Origin: a virus
Taxonomy: Duplodnaviria; Caudoviricetes
Reading direction: 5' to 3' (one strand)
Length of the DNA stretch: 53,504 nt
IMG/VR virus record: IMGVR_UViG_3300042460_002234
Location: 1 to 53,504 of that record
The position numbers were made by a program, and so were the translations under genes. Numbering within the stretch: position 1 is the first letter of the stretch; each line of letters begins with the position of its first letter. The notes under the pieces are model-generated. The model was not told the origin of the DNA and searched no databases. It worked only from the letters and a program-made list of their open reading frames with translations. Positions 25,940-36,400 of this stretch are shown here, piece after piece.

Positions 25940-27114
25940 TGGCCGACGAGATCTGCGAAGTCATCAACGAGTACATCGACGCCTCCGATTCCACGAGGCT
26001 CGACATCACGCCGGTATTCAACGAGGCCGCCTCTGTCATCACCGAGGCGGTCACGATCGCCCTCCTCTCCGTGCTGGCCGCCACCGGCGACTTCTCGGAC
26101 GCGGCCCAGGGCAACAGCGCCGCGCTCGTACAGGAGCAAGGGACGCTCAGCGAGAGCGCGTCTCACGTCGGCGTGTTCGAGAGCACGGCGGCCGATACGG
26201 CCGACTTCTCCGATGCGCTGGTAGTCTCGCGCGCCGAGCTGGTGGAAGAAGAGGCGGACTTCTCGGATGCCGCCAGCGCTGCGCCGCCGCCGGCGACCCT
26301 GGCGGAAGAAGGCGCCCTGTCCGACGCCGCGCTGCCCGCCACGAAGATGCTGGTGGTGGTGGCCGAGGCGGCCGACTTCGCGGAGGCGGCTGGACTGATG
26401 CGGAGCGAAGTGCTCGCCGAGGAGGCGGATGCTTCTGATGCGGCCATCGGGACCATGCTCCAGGGTGAGGAAGTATCGGAGGAAGGAGATTTCTCCGATG
26501 CAATCGCACACATCGCGCACGCCGGCGCGGTTCTGGCCGAGGTCGGCGACTTCGCCGACGCCCTGGCCGCCGCCGTCTCGTACACCCTCACCGTCAACGA
26601 AGAGGCCGTCATCGAGGACATGGCCTACAGCGGCGCCGCCGGCGGGGCCTGGACCATGCCGACCGACACCTTCGCCATGAGCCGCTGGGCGGGCCTGCCC
26701 TTCAACTCCATCGCCGAGATCGACGGCAAGCTGTACGCGGCCAGCGGCGACGGCCTGTACCGCCTGGACCGCGCGGTTGCCGATGCCGGTGGCATCGAAG
26801 TGGACGCCAGCATCCGCGGCGGCCTGACCGACTTCGGCGACCCCTCGCTGAAGCACGCCTCCTACTACTACCTGGGCTACCAGAGCGCCGGGACGATGCG
26901 CGTCACTGTGGGTTACATCCCCGCCGGTGTTGAACAATCGGCCTCGTACCAGATGCCGGCGCGGGTGGCGAACGATCCTGTCCCCGGTCGCACGAAGCTC
27001 GGGCGCGGCATGCGGTCGTTGTACTGGCGTGTGACGCTCGAGAACGTGGAAGGCGCGGACTTCACCATCCACGCGCAGAGCATGCTGGTGGATGGATCGA
27101 GCCGGAGAATCTAA
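25939..27114 (+). CDS. Acidic repeat-containing virion protein
   Basis: ~19-20-aa repeats with core E(E/A)(G/A)DFSDA over the first ~230 aa; C-terminal beta domain (YAASGDGLYRL...GLTDFGDPSLK). Confidence 0.8.
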   Translation: MADEICEVINEYIDASDSTRLDITPVFNEAASVITEAVTIALLSVLAATGDFSDAAQGNSAALVQEQGTLSESASHVGVFESTAADTADFSDALVVSRAELVEEEADFSDAASAAPPPATLAEEGALSDAALPATKMLVVVAEAADFAEAAGLMRSEVLAEEADASDAAIGTMLQGEEVSEEGDFSDAIAHIAHAGAVLAEVGDFADALAAAVSYTLTVNEEAVIEDMAYSGAAGGAWTMPTDTFAMSRWAGLPFNSIAEIDGKLYAASGDGLYRLDRAVADAGGIEVDASIRGGLTDFGDPSLKHASYYYLGYQSAGTMRVTVGYIPAGVEQSASYQMPARVANDPVPGRTKLGRGMRSLYWRVTLENVEGADFTIHAQSMLVDGSSRRI

Positions 27115-29046
27115 ATGGCATCGCCGCCTATCATGGTTGGTGGCGGCTTCGCAGCCGCGGAGCGCGCATATAGCATCGTCGAGGAGCAGATCGACGAGAT
27201 GAGCCAGCGCGCGGACCGCTCGCTTCAGACCGCGCAGTCCGTCATCAACAGCCTGACCGACTTCTCGCCGATCACCCCGCCGCCGGACCCGGTGGCGCCG
27301 AACATCGACCCCAACCAGTTCGTCATGCAGCCGCTCGAGGCGGCCGCCCCGGGCATCCCGGCGGATCTGGCGGTGGACATCGGCGAGTTTCCCGAGATCG
27401 CGCTGGGGGACGGCGCCGATCTGGTGACGGACCTCGATAGCATCGACGAAGACCTCGAGGAGATCGGCGACTTCGAGCCCAGCATCACGGCGATCACCAT
27501 CCCGGAGCCGCCGGCGCCGATCAGCACCGGAACGGCACCCGTGGCTCCCGAACTCAACGGCGTGGAGATCCCGCAGGCGCCGACGCTGGAGCTGCCCGCG
27601 CTGGACGAACTGGCGCAGATCACCATCCCCGAGTTCACCTTCCCGACCCTGCCGCTCTTCGAGGCCGAGGCCCCGGTGTTCGATGTGGATCTCCCGCCCC
27701 TCTCCGCGCTCGCGGAGTGGCAGGAGCCCGCCTACAACACGGAAGTGCTCGACGAAGTGCTCACCACCGTGCGCAGGATGCTCGATGGGCAGACGGGACT
27801 CCCGCAGCCGATCGAACAGGCGCTCTACGAGCGCGCCCGGTCGCGCGAAGACCAGACCGCGCGCCAGAACGTGCAGCAGGCGTTCGACACGTGGGCCGGG
27901 CGAGGCTTCGATATGCCGCCGGGCATGCTCACCGAGCAGGTCAACGCCGCCCAGGAGCAGGCCGCGTTGCGCACCAACGCCGCCAGCCGCGACATCGCGG
28001 TTGAAGTGGCGCGCATCGCCATCGAAAACGTGCGGATCGCGGTCGCGCAGGGCATCGCGGCCGAGCAGACCCTCTACAACATCTTCAACAACGGTGCCCA
28101 GCGCTCCTTCGAGATGGCCCGGGCCCGCCTGGACGCCGAAATCGCGCTCTACAACGCGCAGGTGAGCCTGTTTAACGCCCGGCAGACCGCCTATCAGGTG
28201 GAAGCGCAGGTGTTCGAGACCAAGCTGCGCGGCGCCCTGGCCGAGCTGGAGGTCTACAAGGCGCAGATCGACGGCGCGCGGGCCCTCTCCGAGCTGAACG
28301 AGTCGAAGGTTCGTGTCTACGCGGCCAAGATCGAGGGCCTGAAGGCCAATGTCGAGATCTACCGCGTGCAGATGGAGGGCGCGAAGGTCCAGTCCGAGCT
28401 GAACAAGAACCTGATCGACGCCTACCGCGCCGACGTGGAGGCGTACCGCGAGACCATCGCGGCCCGGAAGGTGGAATTCGATGCCTACGAGGCCCAGGTG
28501 CGCGGCGAAGCGGCCAAGGTGGGCATCATCCAGGCCCAGGCCGAGGCGTTCGCGGCCACCGTCCGCGCCGTCGAGGCCAAGAGCAACGTCAAGGTGGCCA
28601 AGGTCCGCGCCCGCGTCGATGCCTTGCAGGCTCGGGTGGGCGAATTCACCGCGCGCACGCAGTACGAGCGCGAGAAGGTCAGCGCGCAGGCCCAGGTGGC
28701 GCAGGCCAAGGTCAGCGCGTTCACCGCCGATGTACAGCGCTTCTCTGCCGAGCTTCAGGCCAACACCTCGCTCAACGAGGCGCAGATCCGCTCTGCCGAC
28801 GTGTACCTGCGCACGCAGCTCTCGCAGTACGAGATCGCCGTGAAGCGATACGACTCCCTGCTACAGACGATCGTCGCCCAGGCGCAGCTCCAGTCCGATG
28901 CAATCAAGGCCGCCGGCCAGATGGCGTCTCAGCTCGCGGCCGGCGCCTTCGCGGCGATGCACGTCCAGGCCAGCGTTCGCGGCGGCGGCGACATCAACTA
29001 CAGCGAAAGCCGCAGCGATAGCGTCAACTACAACACCGAGTTCTAA
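27115..29046 (+). CDS. Virion protein with Pro-rich N-terminus and long coiled coil (ejection/internal protein candidate)
   Basis: WAGRGFDMPPGML motif followed by ~350 aa A/Q/E-rich helix. Confidence 0.75.
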   Translation: MASPPIMVGGGFAAAERAYSIVEEQIDEMSQRADRSLQTAQSVINSLTDFSPITPPPDPVAPNIDPNQFVMQPLEAAAPGIPADLAVDIGEFPEIALGDGADLVTDLDSIDEDLEEIGDFEPSITAITIPEPPAPISTGTAPVAPELNGVEIPQAPTLELPALDELAQITIPEFTFPTLPLFEAEAPVFDVDLPPLSALAEWQEPAYNTEVLDEVLTTVRRMLDGQTGLPQPIEQALYERARSREDQTARQNVQQAFDTWAGRGFDMPPGMLTEQVNAAQEQAALRTNAASRDIAVEVARIAIENVRIAVAQGIAAEQTLYNIFNNGAQRSFEMARARLDAEIALYNAQVSLFNARQTAYQVEAQVFETKLRGALAELEVYKAQIDGARALSELNESKVRVYAAKIEGLKANVEIYRVQMEGAKVQSELNKNLIDAYRADVEAYRETIAARKVEFDAYEAQVRGEAAKVGIIQAQAEAFAATVRAVEAKSNVKVAKVRARVDALQARVGEFTARTQYEREKVSAQAQVAQAKVSAFTADVQRFSAELQANTSLNEAQIRSADVYLRTQLSQYEIAVKRYDSLLQTIVAQAQLQSDAIKAAGQMASQLAAGAFAAMHVQASVRGGGDINYSESRSDSVNYNTEF

Positions 29047-29058
29047 CAGGAGCCACCC

Positions 29059-30471
29059 ATGGCCATCGACAGTGGAATTGACGAGCTGCTGCGGCAGGCG
29101 GACCGCAACGCCCAGGCCCGGCGCGCGGCCGCTGCGGCGCCCAAGCCCGCCCCGGTGGCTCCGGCCGCCCCCTCGCCCGCGACGGCCGTCGCAGCGGCGC
29201 CCAAGCCGGGCGCGCTGGCTCGAGTCGGCGGCTTGGCGCGCGGCGCCGGCACCGCTCTCGCGCCCGCGGCCGCGACCTCGGCCTCGATCGACGCCTTCAG
29301 CCGTCCGACCGAGGACTACTACAACCGCTTCGGCATGGACCCGAAGGGCGCGAACCTGAACGGCTTCAAGGATCTCGCGGTCCGCACCGGTGGTGTCGTC
29401 AGCGATGTGGGCGCCGGCATCCTCGATGTCGGCACCGGCGTCGTGAACGGCATCCGCACCTTCGGTGGCGCCGAGCCGATCCAGACCTTCGGCGAAATCG
29501 TGCGCCGGAACGACAACCCGCAGCCGCGCCCCGCTCCGCAACCCGCCGCGCAGCCGGCACAGGCCGCCCAGGCCGCGCAGCCGCAGCAGCCGGCCGTAGC
29601 GCCGAACGATCCCGCGGCACAGCCGGGCGGCGGCTCGCAGATGTTCCGCAAGGGCAATGAGTTCAGCGACCAGCCCATTGCGGGCGGCGTCGAGTACAAG
29701 GCGCGCGGCAACGTGTCGGTCATGAACACGTCCGAGGGCGCCAACCGCGACCGCGCATACCTCGCGCAGCGGGAGGCCGAGAACAACGAGCAGATGGCGC
29801 GCCGTGACGCCAGCATCGACGCCACCATCAACGCAGCGAAACAGTACCGCAGCCAGCAGCAGATGCAGGACGCGGCCCGGTCGGCTGAGATCAACGCCAC
29901 CAGCCTCGTCCACAAGGATCTGTGGCCGCGCCACCGCGCGGCGCTGCTGGAGCAAGCCAACAACATGAAGGGGGCGGCCGCGGTGGCCGCTGGGGCGCCG
30001 ACGCCCACGGCAACCCGCACCCCGGAGCAGGAGGCGGCGCTAGCGGCCAGCAAGCGCACCGCTGGCGCCCAGGCGCAGCTCGCCGACGAGCAGGCCATCG
30101 CCGCCGGGCTCCAGAACGATCAGGCCCGCCGCTCGCAGCAGGTCATGCAGCAGCTCGACGGGCTCAGCGAGCAGACCCCGGCGCCGCAGCGCCGCGCGCT
30201 CATCGACCGTGCCCTGGTGGGCCAGGGCAAAGACCCGGACGCCGGCCGCTACATGGGCATCGACACCATCCTCGGCTACGACGAGTTCGGCCAGCCGAAG
30301 ACCGGCAAGACGGCGCTCGACACCCGCACCGGCCAGATCATCGGCGGCCAGGGTGGCGCTGGCGCTATGGGGAACCAGCCGCAGAAGCCTCAGTATGAGG
30401 AGGGCAAGGTCTACGAGGATGCCAATGGCAACCGCGTGAGGATCGTGAACGGCCAGAAAGTCCCCCTGTAG
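29059..30471 (+). CDS. Internal virion / DNA ejection protein candidate
   Basis: AGGAG RBS; A/G/Q-rich low-complexity protein upstream of the giant gene. Confidence 0.7.
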   Translation: MAIDSGIDELLRQADRNAQARRAAAAAPKPAPVAPAAPSPATAVAAAPKPGALARVGGLARGAGTALAPAAATSASIDAFSRPTEDYYNRFGMDPKGANLNGFKDLAVRTGGVVSDVGAGILDVGTGVVNGIRTFGGAEPIQTFGEIVRRNDNPQPRPAPQPAAQPAQAAQAAQPQQPAVAPNDPAAQPGGGSQMFRKGNEFSDQPIAGGVEYKARGNVSVMNTSEGANRDRAYLAQREAENNEQMARRDASIDATINAAKQYRSQQQMQDAARSAEINATSLVHKDLWPRHRAALLEQANNMKGAAAVAAGAPTPTATRTPEQEAALAASKRTAGAQAQLADEQAIAAGLQNDQARRSQQVMQQLDGLSEQTPAPQRRALIDRALVGQGKDPDAGRYMGIDTILGYDEFGQPKTGKTALDTRTGQIIGGQGGAGAMGNQPQKPQYEEGKVYEDANGNRVRIVNGQKVPL

Positions 30472-30485
30472 CTTCGAGTAACCGC

Positions 30486-33400
30486 ATGGAATTCGACGAC
30501 AGCACCGCGCGCCCTGTCTCCATCGACCAGTTCGACGATTCCACTGCCCAGCCTGTAGGCACCTTTTCGCGCTCGATCGGGCGCGGCACCGGCAACCTGA
30601 TCTCCTCGGCCGGCGCCGCGCTGAAGGATGTCACCGACATCGGCGGCATCGCCAGCGGCATCGAGGGTTACGGCGAGCGAATGGCCGCGCGCAACCCCGC
30701 CGAAGTGACCGATGTCGCGGGCGTGCTCGAGAAGCCCCTCACCTTCGCCGGGCAGGCGCTCGGCGAGCAGGTTCCGCAGTTCGGCCTGAACATCGCCGGC
30801 GCCGCCGCCGGCGCGAAGCTGGGCTCCCGCTTTGGCGGCCAGGGCGCCATCGTCGGCGGTATCGCCGGCGGCCTGATGCCGACCTTCGTGCAGGAGTACG
30901 GCAGCATCCGCCAGGAGCAGGCGCACACCGGCATCGACGACAAGGGCCGCGCCGTCGCCGCGGCGCTGCCGGCTACCGCCCTGGAACTGCTGGGCCCCGA
31001 AGCCATCGCCATCCGCAACATCGTCAAGGTGGGCGGCAAGCTCACGGCCGAGCAGGCCGCGAAGCTGGGCGGCGAACTCGCCGCCGACGGCAGCCGCCTC
31101 GCGCACATGGGCAAGGAAGCAGTCAAGTCCGTCGGCCAGGAAGCCGTCACCGAAGTGGCGCAGACCGGCCTCGAGCGCATGGGCGCCGGCCAGGATGTCA
31201 CCGGCGCCGAGGCCACCAACGACTACATCATGTCCGGCCTCGCCGGCGGCATCGCGGGCGGCGTGTTCGGCGGCGGCGCGGCAGCATTCACGCCCCGCGA
31301 GAAGTCGCAGACCGTGGACCCGGTGGCGCAGCAGGCCCAGCAGCAACAGCAGGGGATCGCCCAGGCGACCGCCATCGCCACCACCGACCCGAACGCCGGC
31401 CCGCTCACGAAGGCTGTGGGCCTCAACCCGGGCGCGGCCGCGCAGGCCGGCGCCGCCGGCATCCTGGGCGAGCAGGTCGAGAAGGCCGACGGCCCGGTGA
31501 AGTCCCTGGACGGCGAGTTCAAGGCGTTCCAGAAGCAGCAGGCCGCCGACGAGAAGGCCCAGGCCGATGTCATGGCCGCCTTCGAAGACTTCGACGCGGC
31601 CGTGGCCGCCGGCCAGATGCGCCGCCAGTTCGAGGCGCAGCCGAAGGCCCTGCCGGCCCCGACGCCCGAGTCCAATGTCATCGAGGGCGAGTTCGAGGAT
31701 GTCACCCCGCGCGGCCCGATCATCACCCCGCCGCCGGAGAAGCGCGCCGCGCTGCCGGCGCCGGGCGACACGAAGCCGGGCGGCGAGATCGTTGTCGGCC
31801 AGGACGGCGGCGCCCGCAAGCAGACCTACGACGAGGCCGCCCGTGCGGAGCAGCAGCGCGCCGAGGCCGACTCGATCAGCGGCGATGCCACTGGCATCAA
31901 GGCTCCGGTCAAGGAAGTCCGCCGGCCGGACGGCACGGCCTGGACCAACCACCTCGCCGCCGCCGCGGCGCTGCGCAAGCGCTCGGACGCCGCCGAGTTC
32001 GAGGTCAAGCGCATCGACAAGGGCCAATTCGTTCTCGCGCGCAAGGGCGAGCCGGCCAAACAGGAGAACACCGATGGCGAAGTCCGCGCTCCCGAAATGG
32101 CTGCGGCAAGCGATGGGCGACAGGGTGCTGACGCGCCGGGAGGCGTGGCTGATTCACCGCTGGGAGCAAACGCCGGAGAGCGCGGAGCCGCTGCCGCCGA
32201 ATCTGGAGCCGGCGCTGCAACGGCTGTTCCTGTGGGAAGCGCCCAGCCCGAGCCCGCACCTGCACTGACCGGCTACAAGCGCGACAACCCGGGCGGCAAC
32301 TGGATCACGGCGAAGCAGAAGCACGCTGAGCTGCTGTCGCAGACCAGCACCGACCCCTACTTGCAGAAGATGCTCGGCGGCACCACGACCGCGAGCGCTG
32401 ACCCCGTGGCGCTGCCGCTCGAGGAGCTGGCGAAGCTCCCCTCGGCGACCGACAAGGACCAGGGCAAGATCGACCGCCTCACCGAGAAGGTGAAGGCCGA
32501 GGGCTGGAAGCAGGACGATCCCATCCGCATCGCGGTCAACCAGAAGGGCGAGCCGTACATCGTCGAGGGCAACGCCCGCATCGCCGTGGCCCAGGCCACC
32601 GGCCAGAAGACCGTCAACACCGAAGTGAAGTGGCAGAACGGCGGCGAAGATGCGCAGGGCTTCACGCCGGCGCGCGTCGCCGAGCTGTCGAAGGCCACCC
32701 CCCAAGAGCAGAGCAATGCAGAAGCGACCCGCGAAGAACCACCCCTGGCGCAGCGACAAGAGCAAGCCGCCGCGCAAACCGACACCGTAGAGAGCGAAGC
32801 GGCACCCGAGGAAGGGGCGGCGGCAAACCCGGCAGAACAGGCCAGCAAGACGCCTGCCGTGGATGCCGCCCCGACTTCGGCCGACATCCGCCGCGCCGAC
32901 GGCACGCCGTTCCCCAACAAGCTCGCCGCCGGCGCCGCCCGCGCGAAGGCCGGGCAGAAGGAAACGCACACGATCGAGCCCGTCGATGGCGGATTCGTGC
33001 TGCGTCCGAAGACCACCAAGCCGGAGACCAGCAATGAAGTACAGCAAGACCCCGCCGAAGAAGGCGCCGCCCAGCAAGCAGCCGCCGAGCAAGAAGCCGC
33101 CCCTGAAGGCGCCGCCGCGGCAGATCCCCGTGAAGGCGCCGGCGAAGAAGCCGCCGGTGGACCCGCGCGGGCAGAAGATCGGGATGTTCTGACCCCGGAG
33201 GCTGCAAAGAGCGAAAAGAGCGATCAAAGAGCTTCAGAGAGCGGCGCAGAGAGCGAGCAGGCCCAGCAGCCCGCTCGCCGGGCGCAGCCGGGAGAGCCCG
33301 GGTACACGCTGACCGATGCCCGCAACGACCTGATCGAGCTGCGCTCGCAGGTCGAGGGGCAGGGCCGCGTCGTCGATGACCGCCTGCTGGAGCGCATGCG

Positions 33401-36400
33401 GCAGCAGGAGCGGCTGGTGCAGCAGATGGAGACGGCCGACCAGCAGCCGGCCGCCCAGCAGCCCGAGGCCAACCCCCAGGCCACGCCGGCGCCGGAGCGC
33501 ACCGCCCGTGAATACGAGCGCGAGGCGTACACCTTCGCCGTGTCCCTGGACGAGATCCAGCAGGCCGCCGCGGGCGAGCGCGCCGCGTTCGACGCCAAGG
33601 CCGCGGAGACCCTGCGCGCCGCCGGCTACGAGAAGTTCGCCGCGGACGCCGACTTCCTCTCCTCGCTGTACAAGGAGGCGCGCAAGCGCCAGAAGGAAGC
33701 CGAGCGCGAGAAGGGCCGAGACCCGGCCATCTATCAGGCGCAGCTCGCCCAGGCGATCGCCGCCGCCAACCTGCCGGAAGGCGAGCACGAAGCCTTCAAG
33801 CTGGGCTTCGATCACGCCCTCGCCGGCCGCACGAAGAGCACGATCACCGGCGAGAGCAAGCTCGCCGGCTACGAGGCCGCGCGTGCATGGCTGAAGACCC
33901 CGGAGGGCCGCGCGTTCTTCGAGGGGAAGCGCGTCAACAAGCTCGAGAACACCGGCGCCGACCTGCGCCGCTGGTTCGACAAGGCGAAGAAGGACGCGGA
34001 GGCCGCCAACCTGAAGTCGGAGCTGGCCGCAGAGAAGAAGGCGGCTGCGCCGGCGTCCGAGCAGAAGGCCGACGACGACGAGCCCATGCAGAGCACCGAG
34101 GCGCAGGGGCGCGGCGATCCCGCCGCCTACGCCGTTGCCACTGGCATGCAGCCGCAGGCCGTGCTCAAGGAGCTGACCGACGCCCTGGGCGAGCAGGGCG
34201 TGAAGAACCTCATCCGGGCCGGCGTGCTGCGCATCCTGCCGAGCCGCGAATACTTCCCGGCCGAGATCAAGGCGTTCGTCAACAAGATGTCCGGCCGCAC
34301 CCTGGGCCTGTACGACCCGCGCGGGAAGCGCGCCTACATCGTCGCCAACGAGATCAAGCCCGGCGAAGCGGTGAAGACGCTGATGCACGAAGTCGGCGAG
34401 CACTACGGCCTGTCCACGATGATGGGCAAGGACGGCTACGACCGCCTGCTGAACGACGTGCGCGGCCTCAACCGCATGGGCAACAAGGCGGTGGTGGAAG
34501 CCTGGAACCGGGTGGCGAAGAACTACAAGCATCTGGCCCCAGGCAGCGAGAAGTTCGTGCGCGAGGTCATCGCCCACCTGGGCGAGCGCCCGGACGCGCT
34601 GAAGCAGCCGATCATCAAGCGCATCATCCAGGCGGTGCGCCGCTTCCTCTACCAGCACGGCTTCAAGGTGAAGCTGTCGGACGAGGATGTCGTCGGCATG
34701 GTGGTGGCCAGCCTGCGCCGGACCATGAGCCAGCCGGTGCGCCAAAGCCAGCAGAAGACCGCCGGCGAGCCGGCGCAGAAGCTCGACGAGCCGCTGTTCT
34801 CGCTCGCCGACGAGCGCGCCCCGGGCGTCATGTCCGACATCCGTGACCGCATCGCAGAGCTGAACGACACCCGCCGCACCTTCAACGGCTGGTGGCACAA
34901 GACCGTCGGCACGCAGTACCACAAGGCGCAGATCGACAACGACTTCGGCCGTGTGTTCAACCGCGGCCAGGACTACCTGACCGACGTGTCGCGCATCGCC
35001 CTGGGCGCCGCCGACGCGGCGCCGGAGATCCTGCCGCGCTTCGAGAGCCTGAAGGACTTGGCGAAGTCCGGCGCCAGCCCGCGCGAGCTGAAGCCCGTCG
35101 CCGAGGCCATCTTCCGCGGCACCCTCGAGGACCAGAAGGTCTACACCGACGCCGAGCTGCGCGACCGCTTCAAGCTGAACCCGAAGCAGATCCGCCTCTA
35201 CCGGCAGGCCCGCGCGGCCTTCAACCGCAGCCTCGAGGACATGGCCATCGCCGAGATGGTGAAGCTGGCCCGCAACGACGTGGGCGACAAGGTGGCGCGC
35301 GAGGCCGCGGCCGCCGGCTCCATGAACGCTGCCCGCGACATCCTGACCCGCGAGGCGCCCGAGCTGGCGAAGGAGCTTGACCAGAAGATCGGCCGCGTGC
35401 GGCAGCTCATCTCCGAGGGCTACGCGCCGCTGATGCGCTTCGGCCGCTACTCGGTCTACGTGGTCGGCAAGGACGGCGAACAGCTCTTCTTCGGCATGTT
35501 CGAGGACGAGGCTGACGCGCGGAAGGTCGAGAAGGAGATGCGCGAGCAGTACCCGGACGCCAAGGTGCAGCGCGGCGTGGTCTCTGAGGAGAGCTTCAAG
35601 ATGTTCCAGGGCCTGTCCCCGGACACCCTCGAGCTGTTCGCCGACGTGACCGGGATGAGCCAGAACGAGGCGTTCCAGCAGTACCTCAAGGTCGCGGTCA
35701 ACAACCGCTCGGCCCTGAAGCGCCTCATCAAGCGCAAGGGCATCGAGGGCTACAACCCCGACCTCAAGCGCGTGATGGCGCAGTTCATCACCAGCAACGC
35801 GCGCACGGCCGCCGGCAACCTGCACCTGGGCGAGATGGCGAAGGCATGGGCCGACATCCCCAAGGAGAAGGGCGACGTGAAGGACGAGGCCGCCAAGCTG
35901 ATCGGCTACCTCCAGAATCCGCAGGAGGAGGCCGCGGCCCTGCGCTCCTTCCTCTTCTTCAACTTCCTGGGCGGCTCCATCGCCTCGGCGGCGGTCAACA
36001 TGACCCAGCCGCTCACGATGACGCTGCCCTACCTGTCGCAGTGGGGCGCGCGTCGCGCCGCCGGCGAGATGGGCAAGGCGATGAAGGCCGCCACCGGCAC
36101 GATCCAAGACCCCGCGCTCCGCGCGGCGATGGACCGCGCGATGAAGGAGGGCATCGTCGAGCCGCACCAGATCCACGAGCTGCAAGGCGCCGCCATGACC
36201 CAAGGCCGCGACATGGGCCCGGCCGACCCGGCGCGCGAAGCGCTGCGCAAGGCGGTGTTCGTGTGGGGCCGCCTGTTCTCCTGGGCCGAGCAGTTCAACC
36301 GCCGCGTTACCTTCGCCGCCGCCTACCAAATCGGCCGCAAGCTGTCGCCCGACGAGCTGGAGAAGGCCGGCGCCAAGGACGCCTACGAATTCGCGGTGAA

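Noticed and set aside
26429-26680. +1-frame ORF in the acidic repeat gene with nearby GAGGAGG
   Set aside because: RBS-like sequence is explained by Glu-Glu codons, spacing is poor, and the product looks like a shadow ORF
14637-27114. Diversity-generating retroelement or invertible tail-fibre switch
   Set aside because: No reverse transcriptase, invertase, or template/variable repeat pair seen
27115-29046. Tape measure protein of a long tail
   Set aside because: No tail tube, sheath or frameshifted chaperone genes; portal and giant protein indicate podovirus architecture
12722-29059. Several adjacent structural genes in the same frame separated by one stop (13102/13106, 15557/15561, 23212/23213, 27114/27115, 29046/29059), suggesting stop-codon reassignment
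   Set aside because: Stops are mostly TAA, about half of the junctions are out of frame, several downstream genes have their own RBS, gene sizes are normal, and no suppressor tRNA is seen
7052-36329. Long antisense ORFs (e.g. 7052..9526, 16918..19839, 33234..36329)
   Set aside because: Typical shadows of high-GC3 genes on the opposite strand; no RBS, motif or codon anomaly supports them
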